64,000 nt of DNA from Dimorphilus gyrociliatus (lineage: Eukaryota > Animalia > Annelida), in contig CAJFCJ010000019.1 in the NCBI GenBank assembly GCA_904063045.1, positions 2,672,684-2,736,683 on the forward strand, read 5' to 3'. A model generated the notes under the pieces. That model was not told where the DNA came from. It saw nothing but the letters and a program-made list of their open reading frames with translations, and did no database searches. Position numbers and translations under genes: made by a program. Below, piece after piece: positions 47,567 to 58,977 of the stretch. How positions within the stretch are numbered: position 1 is the stretch's first letter; every line of letters starts with the position of its first letter.

Positions 47567-49094
47567 TTTTTCATTTAGCTATTCTGTATAAAAAGTCTGC
47601 TTAAAATACATTAAAATCAATCTAAATATAGCATATTTTATTGCCCAAATGTTCTGGTAAGTTTCTTCATATGTAAATTTAACGTGTTTTTTAAACAAAT
47701 ACTATAAAAGATCTATAAATAGTAGGATAAAAAATAAAAAAATAATGACATTAAAAACTTTATTTTTGTAGAATTGTTCTAATTTAAATTTAATCGAATT
47801 ATTTAGTTTTAAGCTCTTTAGAAGTTTCTTTTTAATTTTAGCTATTTATTTTAAAAATAATACAATCTCTTAGCCCACTGCCCTCCTCTTCTCCCAACGC
47901 CCCCTTACCTTTCTCTCTAGAGATAAAAAAGATTGGCGAATATTTCAATTCAGCCTAGGTATTGACAAAATATTTCATTGGTTTATTTTCAACGAGATCT
48001 TGAAGGGTTAGGTTAAAACAATATGTAATACATCAACAAAAATTCTTTACATGCAATGTATATATAATATAACTGTTAAAGAAGTAATAAAATGTAAATA
48101 TGACTATTAATAGAGCGAAGCTGGCAAAGTGAATATATTGTATAAATTATTTAATCTTCAATCGTTGTTTTTCAAAGAAACACTAAAAAAATGGCTTAAA
48201 ATTAATAAATTAGTTATACTAATTCTGTGCGAAATAATTGGCAGTTAATTCATTAGTGTCTATTAATAAAAAGTAAATACGGTATATTAATATATTCATT
48301 TGGCATATTAAGTTTTGAATAATTAAAAGTATTTTCTAGCTATTTTAGGAATGATAGTTTTGTTGGCGTGAGCTATATTCTATTGAAAATATAGGCATTT
48401 TTGTAGTTATGAAAAACAAATAATTTTATGGAATAACTGTGGCGTCATCTACTGTTTTATTACAGAGGTCAAAAGCTTTCCTCTTTTCAAGTAAATATAT
48501 TTTAATTAAATACAAAAAGGGCGTATTTACACGCTCTGTAAAAAAGTTGTCTTTCAATGAATGAAACTCATTAATTCCCACCGGAAATTGCCTACTCTGT
48601 GACGTCAGGTCTTCTAACTTTTTCTCCAAACATTCGATAATTTTTTTACGCCAATTGGTGTTCCCTACAGAAAACGCTCAAACTAGCCAATCTTATCCAT
48701 TCTCTTGATAGGTGGATGTAATTATTCTATCGCCTATAGGTCAGAGCATTCTGATAGACTGAAATAAAAATTCGAACCACGTGAATGTTCCAAATACCAT
48801 TATCATACAACCTTTTGAGAGGCCTATAATAAGATTTAATTAACTGTGAGTTCTATTGAAGATATTAAAACAGAATTCTAATATTGTATTTAGTTATTTT
48901 GTAGGGAAAATGAGTATCTTTCGTATTGTATTTGATAATTGTTTTACACTAAAAAGGTTCATTTTTTCGGCGAAATGGAATTCTATATTTCAATTCTTTC
49001 ATATCCTTGAAAGTTTCTAGTTGCAATTGTTTTTATAAAAACAGTTCCCCGTAGAGTAAAATATTATTCTACATTGATTCTTTACTTAAGGAAT

Positions 49095-50627
49095 ATGGGT
49101 GCCTATCTAAGTAAGCAAAAATTTGAACTAATTGACAACGTAATAGAAATTCTTTTGGAGAATCGTAAAATTGCTATTAGTTTATTATGCGCTGGAACGA
49201 TAATTGGAAAGTTACTGACTGATCGGTTGGCAAATTTACCACCGGGTCCTTTAAATTTACCGTACTTAAATGCAGGATGGAGATTATTCTTTTACCCAAG
49301 AGCAGATGTTTCTCTTAGTTCGCTGAACAATGAATATAAGAGTGATATAGTATCATGTAGATTTTTTTCTTCCCCCATTATCATTGTTATTAATTCTCCT
49401 CGATTGATCAAAGAACTTTTTAAGAAGAATGCAACCACCTTTTCAGATAGAGACTCCCTGAAAAGGATGCAAGGCAGCTTAAGTGGTGAGGAATTTTCTG
49501 ATGTTATTTTCTCCCTAAATTATGGAGACAAATTTCTACAAGCAAAGAAATTCATCTTAAGATCTTTTTATCAAGATAATCATGATATGTTAAGACATAC
49601 ATTAGACTTTCAATGCGATCAATTTATAGCTAATGTAAAGAAATTTGATGGTAGTACTCTTACTAACCTTAAGCCTATGTTATCAACTTCTTTGGCTCGT
49701 ATTATCTGCTCCTTCACAATTTCTATAGATTCGTCTATAAATGACGAGGATTTAAATGAATTTCTGCGAATTACAAATGATTTTAATAATGGATTCGGAA
49801 CTGTAGGCTCGTTTGTACCAAACCCTTATCCTTGGCTTTGGAGGAAAATTTTCTATAGTTCTATTGATATTAAATTTAGGAAATGTATCAGAGAGTACAG
49901 GGGTTTCCTTAGGAAATTTGTAAACATGTACGAAAAAATAGACTCTGATAGTCGTGGGACGAGCCTTTTAGCTGAACTATTGAATAACAAGACGATCGAC
50001 AAAGGGAATGAATTGCTCGACACTCTTCTTATGATGACTATTGATAATCCAACTTCGATTTGCGAGGCTTTTATGTGGTTGTTTCTTTATTTAGCATCTT
50101 ATCAAGATGTCCAGGAAAAGGCGAGGAAATTGATTGCGGAATTGACCAATAACACCAGAAAGATTACAATAGAAGATAGAGCAAAGTTGCCCTACTTTTC
50201 AGCCTTAATTTACGAAACATTTCGTTGTTGTAATTTACAACCATTCTCTCCTGTCCATCATGTGAAAGAAGGTCTAAAGTTTCAGGGCTACAATATACCT
50301 AAAGGATCAATAGTTCTGACGAACTATACTGCAATGAATAAAGATCCTAATGTCTTTCCAGACCCTGAAAAATTCAATCCAGAAAGATTTCTAAACGAAG
50401 ATGGAAGTTTTAAGCCTGTTGACTCCTTAACTCCCTGGGGTTTTGGTCCAAGATCGTGTCCGGGAGAGAGATTATCCAAAATGGAATTGTTTCTAATAGT
50501 TGCTCGAGTACTACAGAATTTTAGATTAGCTTTTCCCGATAATTACAATCCCGATTTAACTCCAATCTTTGATTCATTTTGCGTTCCTGGACCTTTTCCA
50601 ATAAGGTTTATACCGATTACAGAATAG
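49095..50627 (+). CDS. Cytochrome P450, CYP2 clan-like (510 aa, intron-less)
   Basis: LPPGP hinge, K-helix ETFR, FNPERF, heme motif WGFGPRSCPG. The ORF-track start at 49074 is a TTG; the first ATG is at 49095. Confidence 0.93.
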   Translation: MGAYLSKQKFELIDNVIEILLENRKIAISLLCAGTIIGKLLTDRLANLPPGPLNLPYLNAGWRLFFYPRADVSLSSLNNEYKSDIVSCRFFSSPIIIVINSPRLIKELFKKNATTFSDRDSLKRMQGSLSGEEFSDVIFSLNYGDKFLQAKKFILRSFYQDNHDMLRHTLDFQCDQFIANVKKFDGSTLTNLKPMLSTSLARIICSFTISIDSSINDEDLNEFLRITNDFNNGFGTVGSFVPNPYPWLWRKIFYSSIDIKFRKCIREYRGFLRKFVNMYEKIDSDSRGTSLLAELLNNKTIDKGNELLDTLLMMTIDNPTSICEAFMWLFLYLASYQDVQEKARKLIAELTNNTRKITIEDRAKLPYFSALIYETFRCCNLQPFSPVHHVKEGLKFQGYNIPKGSIVLTNYTAMNKDPNVFPDPEKFNPERFLNEDGSFKPVDSLTPWGFGPRSCPGERLSKMELFLIVARVLQNFRLAFPDNYNPDLTPIFDSFCVPGPFPIRFIPITE

Positions 50628-53600
50628 ATGTAAAGTTTGATAAATATACTGTAGGCAGTTTTGTACATATTCAGAAAATATACTTGATAAACAACATTAT
50701 AACAATAATAAAAACAATACTTTTATCTCTGTTATTAAAGCACATTTGAGTACATTTGGTCCAATGTGACTTCAATTATTTCAATGATACTTTCTCCAAG
50801 GACATTTTTGTTTCTTTTAAATATGATTACTTTGATTTAAGTATGTTTTTAAGTAGTCTCTTATTTATCCTTCTATATTTAGTAATAATTTAATTAAATA
50901 ATAGAATTCCAAGTAATACAGTTAGAAACTCTAATGATCTATGTTAAATTATTGAGTTTTAAGTCATAATTTTTAAGATTTTGTAGAATAATTCAAGCTG
51001 ACAGTGAAATGCTGTGAAATTAAACGTGTTTAAGCGTTTCTCGACAACTTATAAAAATTTCATGAGAGAGCGTCGTATTATTAATTTTGTTTAGAAAAAT
51101 TTGAGCTGTTCAATTCAAGCAATTAGCTTTTTCAAATAACATTATTAAAGTTTGATTATTTATTATACATCTAAAATAGTTGCTCTTTTCAAACCTTTGA
51201 GAGATTAAAAGAAATTTCTATGGACAAAAGGTCAAGGACATTATCGACATATCGCTTTAGAGTTTTCTTTGACATGCATAAAACCTTATATATAAAAATA
51301 GAAAAGTTCGATAAAAACGTTATTTAATAGATTAAACGTCGTTTTCGACAATAATTTCTCTGAATATATCAAGAAATTGAAATCTCTTCAATAATAGCGC
51401 AATCTAAGAATCAATAATAAAATATGATTTTTTACTTTTCCATGAATAGAAACATTAGGGAATGAACATGAAGCAAAGAACTCTCTTACAATATATAGAA
51501 AGTATTCTTTAGCATTTCTACCTCACTTAATGTTGATATTAATTGTTTAATGGCTATTATTTGAGACTATAGAGTCTTCAAGCAGCCATATACAGTATGT
51601 ATTTGTAAAGAGGTCCTTCCCTTAAGTTTTAAGACAAAAAAATATATACGCTAAGGATTTCGGCCTAAAGACATTAAAACTAAAAATCTTTAGAGAATCA
51701 ATATTTATTTTCGAAGATTGTGAATATTGCACTCATTTCATCTCTAGGTTTTTTTTTAAAAAAAAAAAAATATTTCTTTCCCGTTTGTTTCTTTAGCTGT
51801 AATTTTCTTGAAAAATAAAAAAAAAGACTCTAATGAAATGAACATAGAGAACGGTATTATAAGCAGCTATTTCATTACTTTGAAATAAATTTTTAGAGGA
51901 TTAGAAAATAGAGATTATTAAAAAAATTTCTCTTAAGAAAAAGCTAGTTTAGTTTAGATGAAAAGTGAGATGTTAAGTTTCTAAAGTAATTTACTTTAGG
52001 GAAGAAAACCTCCCAGACTTCATCTAGCTGAATATCAAAGAATAGATATAGAATCTAGTTGATAAGAGCATGATTATTTATTTCAACGTATAAGAACTAT
52101 CTTTTTGGGGAATGATAGAAGAAATCTGATTTCATTTATCAGTTTTCTCCTCTCCAAAAAAACTTCCCCTCAAGATTTTATATATAAATAATCAAGTAAG
52201 CAAGCTTCTAACAACGTAAATATGACTAGGCCTTTTACCGAACGTGATGTTTGTGATGTATTTCGTATAATTAAAACTATTGATAATAGATTGTACCAAA
52301 ACATAAAACAATTGTGAAGCAAGTAAAGAAACTTACTTCTTCAATATAAATTGTTTGCCAACATTCAATAAATAAATAGCCACTAGATGACTCTGCCTCA
52401 CTTCAAAAAATATCTTGTATCATTAATTTTAACAAACAGTGAAGCATATGTTACAATTGTAAGAAACAGTAAATTACCGATGTTACACGCACAATTAGCA
52501 ACTATGAATGAATTTTGCTTTTCAGCAAAAACAAGGTGAAATTTTATTCGATATATGTAAATATATAGTATACATTTATATATATATATACTATATATAT
52601 ATTAGTATATACGTAGATTGCAATATAGTTCTATATTATTACTATTATTATAGACTATTTTCAATGTTATTGTGGGAGTTAACAATTAATAATAGTAATA
52701 ACAATAATCAAGTTTTTGATGTATATAAAAAAAGAAATATAGCCAAATGGTGTTAGCTGTAATAATTAACTTTATTTTCATTTAGCCTGACAAAAAAGGG
52801 AGTATTAGATATGAAAAAAAATTCGTTTGGAGAAGAATATTATTCTTTGCAGAATAAGAAATCAATATTGTATATTTTTTCTGTTTCCTTGTATCAAAGA
52901 TTGACTTTAACAAGTTTATGCTGCTTAAAAGAAGACAAGACTATAGTGGAAAAATAAGAGAGGTGGAGAATATTCAATGTCACATTTTTCAATGTCATTC
53001 TTTTTCAATGACTCTACTCACTTCTGTCATAGGGTTTGATGGGTAGGGTATTTTTTTTAGAAGAGAGGAGATAAGAAAGGGAATAAGAGGGTAAATAAGT
53101 GCTAGGAAAGGGCGATTGAAGGGGGTAAAATCGACAAAGTTTATAAAAAGCTACTGTATTTGTGTTTTAAATGTAAAACGTTGACAAACTATGAGTGATT
53201 CGGGGAAAAGACTGCTGACGATAGAAACTAAGGGAAGATGAGAAAACACGAGAGGAATGGAAAAAGAGAATATATACCTGCTATGCATATGCGAATTGCA
53301 TATTGACTACGCAAAAGAAACTCGTACATTCCATTAATGTAAAAATACAAATGTTTACAGCTGTATAAAAAATTTTATTTTACGGTTATTAGACTTAACA
53401 GTTAATAAATTATGAAATAAGGGTGAAGAATCACTAAACATGTTTATTTACTCTTTGAAATCATAATAAGAAAAAAAAGACTCCCCAGAGCAAAGACTAA
53501 CCAAAGTCACATAATCTCATTAACTTCAATTAAGTCTTTACGTACGGAAATCAGAAACAAGAGTATGAATGATTCTCTATGAATATTACATTTAAACATT

Positions 53601-54690
53601 AGTGGGGTCCATTAAGCTAAGTAAAGACATAAAGAAAACATATGGTCATTACATAAGATTTTGATTATTTTATGTTATGACAAAGGACAATTTTTAGAAT
53701 AGTAAAAGAGTTATAAACTAATATGAAAATAAAATTGATTAGGTCAATCAATAAAACGGACAAAAAAATCTAATCAACCGAGATGCTGATGCATGATAAG
53801 CGCCTCAGGCGTCAAAAAGAAAAGTGAGATATAAACTCTCTTGATTTACTGAGATTTTTCTCTCTTTTTGTCTTCGTATATTAATAGATATTTTACCCAG
53901 GATTCACTAATTTATTCAAATCCATATAGTAACGCCATTGGATGACAGAATATTAAAAAAGAAAACAATAGTAACTGAGAATTGAATTACTCCGTACTTT
54001 ATTAATAGGCCTATTAAATAATGTACAGATATGCCAACATTTTCAATCGAAATTTGTGTATGATTATATACATTTATATATTAAATATAGCATCAAGGAT
54101 CTTTCTATAAACTATGATTATGCAGAAGTGCCCGGACGTATAAACATATACACACAATTCCTTGTTGATAGACTTTTTTTATTAAAAGCTTATATGAGGG
54201 TCGTAAAGCAGCCAGTGGCTGAATATTTTCATCCTCATCAACCTTGTAGATAGGAAATTGTTGGATATAAAGTAAGAAAACAATCCATTGGGATAAAAAA
54301 TTAGACAAGCAAGAGAATTTAGTCCTATTTAGGGTTAGAGAGAACTTTTACATATAAATAAACGGATAGGTGAACTCTTGGCGAGTAACTGACAGGCAGA
54401 TAGCATCTGCCCGGCAATGATTTTTTTGCTGAGTATGCAGAATAAAGTCGGTAATCGATAATTCGTCAAAAGTAGGTTATACACATATTGACGACTGACA
54501 TACTTATATGTGGGGCATTCTTTAAGAAATTACGTACAAATGAGCATTTTGAAGAGTGCTTATTAATGATGAATAATTAAAGGGAAATAATGAGCTTGGA
54601 CATTGCGACGAGCGTCATAACGTGCAGTATATGACGTAGATCGAATCAATAGTTCGAGTCTGGTCGAGCGGGTGCCTTGCAGTCGGCGCT

Positions 54691-56295
54691 ATGCAGAGCA
54701 ACGATGCAGTAGCGGACAACGCATCTGGCCGCGTGAATAATGGTTACAGCTGTACGGACTGCAATGCTGCAGTGGAACAGCAGCTGTTGGCGCCGGAGGT
54801 ACGCAGTAAACGTAAGTCGTGTAATACGACAGTATCCGACATAGGTGCGGATTATATGAAAGTTAATGGCGCTGTTCGGCCGTTTAAACAGCTACAACGG
54901 CCAGAACATCAAATTCAAATGTCTCCGACCAAAGAGGAGTTGACTATTGTTACTAACGAAGCCGCTAATCCGCAACTTCAGCAGCAACAACAACAGATAC
55001 AGCATTTTCATCACACTCCAACAGAAGAAAGACACCCAGTTGGACATGGAAAGAGTCACAAGCACAATGTTGGATATCGCCTCGGTCAACGCAAAGCTCT
55101 ATTTGAGAAGAGAAAAAGGATTTCTGATTATGCCCTCGTTTTTGGTATGTTTGGAATACTTGTAATGGTCGTCGAAACGGAATTAACAATGGCCAGAGTC
55201 TATCCTAAGACGTCGTTCTATTCTATAGCTCTCAAATCTTTAATCAGCGTTTCAACGGTCGTGCTCTTGGGCCTAATTATAGCCTATCACGCACTAGAAG
55301 TTCGACTCTTTGCCATCGATAATTGTATAGAAGATTGGCGTATTGCCATGAATACCCGCCGAATTTCGCAGATTTGTGTAGAACTACTAGTCTGCGCAGT
55401 ACATCCTATTCCCGGTTCTTTTTCGTTTCCATGGAAAAAAATATACAAGAATACTGTCTCGTCCGTTTCGGTTCCCGTTGACCTACTCCTCTCACTCCCT
55501 ATGTTCTTCAGACTCTACCTGATTTGCAGAGTAATGTTGCTGCATTCCAAACTATTCACCGATGCTTCCTCTCGATCCATCGGCGCCCTCAATCGAATTA
55601 ACTTCAATACACGCTTCGTTCTCAAGACGTTGATGACAATTTGTCCCGGAACGGTCCTCTTAGTCATTCTGCTCTCTCTATGGCTAATAGCCAGTTGGAC
55701 TTTACGAGCGTGTGAATCTTATCATGATCCAAAGCATGAAAACTTGTTGAATTCTATGTGGTTAATTTCTATAACTTTTTTATCAATCGGATACGGAGAT
55801 ATCGTTCCTAATACATATTGTGGGAGGGCGATTGCTGTTGGAACTGGTGTGATGGGAGCCGGTTGTACGGCTCTAGTTGTTGCCGTTTTAGCTCGTAAGC
55901 TCGAATTAACTAGAGCAGAGAAGCATGTTCATAATTTTATGATGGACACTCAGTTGACAAAACGTTTGAAGAACGCTGCTGCAAACGTTCTTCGAGAAAC
56001 ATGGTTAATTTACAAATATACTAAACTCGTTCGAAAGGTGAACAATTCGAAAGTTCGAGCCCACCAACGTAAATTTTTACACGCTATTCATAGTCTACGA
56101 AAAGTAAAAATGGAACAAAGAAAATTAAATGATTCAGCAAATACACTCGTTGATATGGCTAAGATGCAAAGTAATATGTTCGAAATGATGCAAGAGGTTC
56201 ATCAGAAAACTGCAGAACTCGACTCTCAAATGCGCACTGTGTGTAAACGACTTGAACAATTGACTTCGAGAGGCTCCAGGCCACAATATCCCTAA
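54691..56295 (+). CDS. SK: Small-conductance Ca-activated K+ channel (534 aa, intron-less)
   Basis: [38 protein letters not shown], pore [18 protein letters not shown], calmodulin-binding domain [30 protein letters not shown]...HQRKFL. Confidence 0.97.
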   Translation: MQSNDAVADNASGRVNNGYSCTDCNAAVEQQLLAPEVRSKRKSCNTTVSDIGADYMKVNGAVRPFKQLQRPEHQIQMSPTKEELTIVTNEAANPQLQQQQQQIQHFHHTPTEERHPVGHGKSHKHNVGYRLGQRKALFEKRKRISDYALVFGMFGILVMVVETELTMARVYPKTSFYSIALKSLISVSTVVLLGLIIAYHALEVRLFAIDNCIEDWRIAMNTRRISQICVELLVCAVHPIPGSFSFPWKKIYKNTVSSVSVPVDLLLSLPMFFRLYLICRVMLLHSKLFTDASSRSIGALNRINFNTRFVLKTLMTICPGTVLLVILLSLWLIASWTLRACESYHDPKHENLLNSMWLISITFLSIGYGDIVPNTYCGRAIAVGTGVMGAGCTALVVAVLARKLELTRAEKHVHNFMMDTQLTKRLKNAAANVLRETWLIYKYTKLVRKVNNSKVRAHQRKFLHAIHSLRKVKMEQRKLNDSANTLVDMAKMQSNMFEMMQEVHQKTAELDSQMRTVCKRLEQLTSRGSRPQYP

Positions 56296-58055
56296 CTGTT
56301 TTTTCTTTGTTTCTGAAAATTTCAAGTTAATTTTATGTTTGTAAGTATAAGCAGAGCATTTATATATATATATATTTCTATATATCTATATACTGTATAT
56401 ATATATAAAGTTATATATATATATATACTCTTTGCAAAGTATAGTTATATCTGCACTACAAGTGCGAGTACAAATATTATATTGTACATATTTATACATT
56501 CATTTCTAAAAATGTTTAATAAATCGCCCATTTCTAAAGAACCGAGATATACGTAGAAATGTATATTATAAATAACTCTTGTTTATAAAGGCGGATAGAA
56601 TAAAAAATGTCTTCACAAACAGAAACGGTCAGGTAGAAGAAAATATGTGCCGATATATATCTCAGCGTGTGTTTATAATCTGCTCAGCAGTCAGTCGACG
56701 CATTACAAAATCATTGCAGTTGTCTTTCTCGTATAAAATTACTAAAAATCTACATAGTTGCTACGAGTAAAGTCTTTATGTGAATGATTGCGATATCTTG
56801 AGGTCATTCGTAAATAATCTCCAGCATACAACGTCACGCCGAGAGACGCAATAGAGACGTTGTTGTTTGCGTTACTTGGTATATATTAGATCCGATTTAT
56901 TCCACCCTTTCTAATTCATGTATGCGCGATATTTATAGTTCTGTAGTATATTGATTAAGCAACGATCGTAGGCTAAGCTGTGTAGGTACAATCAATTTGA
57001 TAACGTATCTGTTTTATTACCTTATTTCATAAAAAAGAGATCTAAATATGGAAAGTGTGTAGATACGTATCGATTATGTGCAATCTTCCGTATTCTTCCA
57101 CGTACTCTTATCGTGATTAATTGATTTCGTGATTGTTCTACATGCATATAAACACAATAATTGTAAATAATCTAATTGAAATAACCTCAACTTAACGTAT
57201 TTTGCAGAAAAGTAAAAAGTTTACAATTGTTTGTACTCGAATGACACACCCATTGTTAATCTTGAAACAACATTGGAACGCATATATCTGTATTTCCATT
57301 TATAATGTTATATTACGATTAATTCTTACGCTTCACTTGAAGCCAATCTGTACTGAAATGTCCTTTTGTCTTCAAAGAAAATGTATGCTCGTATTTCAAA
57401 GATTTCATAGCTATAGATATTTTGCAGACTCATCAAAAACAATATTTAGCAAAACTGTAATATTTCAGGAAGTAGTATGAATAAGTGCTAAAATTTTTCT
57501 AGGTATGATGTAGTTGATTGCGAAAGACTTTATTCATTCAGTGTAACTAAAGCGTTAAAAGCCCAACACTTAGCGTATAAAAATAAAAGCTAGTGATCTT
57601 CTGATCTTGCTTTTGCGCTTCGTAACTTGGTTAGTCCTTGGTGCTTATTATAGGCTTACCCAAAAAAATAAATATGAAGAGATAGAAAAGTGGGTTGGGC
57701 TAAGCGTGTTCGTCTTGAAGTCAGTAAGTAATTGGTTTTTAGCAAGTCCTAGAGGATTATCAGATTTTTACATTATTTTTTTTTATAGTGAAAATAGGTG
57801 GCTCTACCGTCTACACTTTTCACAACGAAGCCATCTCAATTGAGTGAAAACGCTTGTCACTGGTCTATTTATATATAAACTGTTTATAAATTTATATATA
57901 TGTATAAATAAATAGTAGTCATGCCGACATATTCTCCAATCCGAAACTGTTTAGCTCTAATAACAAAATGATCGATAATATCCATTAGCATACATGTATT
58001 ATGTAACTAACTATACAACAGTGATGTGTAACACGTTAAACTGCTTAACTTTTCA

Positions 58056-58070
58056 GCTGTAGATGGCGTG
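58056..58070 (+). promoter_or_regulatory. CTCF-like motif between SK and the DSE-like gene
   Basis: GCTGTAGATGGCGTG. Confidence 0.4.
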
Positions 58071-58977
58071 TACATTGAAGTTAAATAAATTCATATTTAC
58101 ATGTTTTCTATGAGTAAGTTTGTGAGTCAATGTAAGAATTAACTCTTTGACAGCAACATTTAAAGCCTATAAATTGTTTTTTTTTGCTCTTTTATTTATA
58201 AAACTACTCGATTAAGGTGCAGAATATTAGAAATAAATATTCGTGTTATGCTTACTGTTCGAGCAGTTCAAGCTTTCTGACTTCCTCTTAGAAAAGAGTA
58301 AAATTCCTTCTTTGCGGTTTGTTTTTTATCTATCTTTATACCTTGTTGCTTTTCCAGAAATTATAGCATTAAAAATAGCCATTACCTAATTAATCTTTTA
58401 ATATCAACTATAATAATCGACTAAGTTACCCACGCAAGAAAGTTTTTATTTCCGAAAGGCTTTCATCCGTAAAAGGATTTCAAAATGGCTCTAAATGGTT
58501 TTATTTAAGTACTTTTATCTATATAGAAAATTTAATCGGAAGTATAAAAAGCGTTTACGTATAATATAAACCAGATCTTGGTAACTATAACATTTAGTTT
58601 AATTACAAGCGAATTGAGATTGTCAATACAAAAGTAATTATATCTATAAAAATATAATAGAATGCTTGTCTTTTTGTATGGTTTTATTAAATTATTATAA
58701 TGATGTTGATAGTACAAATAATGGCATCAATAAACATAACAATAGATTTCTTAGGAAGAGTGTAAACTCGATACGGCTTAGAATGAAAACGATTTATATA
58801 AATCTATAGTATCTTCTTATAAATTCGTTACATTAACAATGATATTATACTATTAATTACAAGATCATTAGTTGTTGTTTTTTAGGCTGTTATTGTGTTT
58901 GTTTGTATTCTATTTTCTTATTATTCATATAATCTTTTTGTGCTTAGAGATTACAATATATTTCGCATGTTGGGAAG

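Noticed and set aside
175-56556. Many 60-90 aa ORF-track entries rich in YIYIYI or SLSLSL
   Set aside because: They are translations of (TA)n and (CT)n microsatellites, with no splice or homology support.
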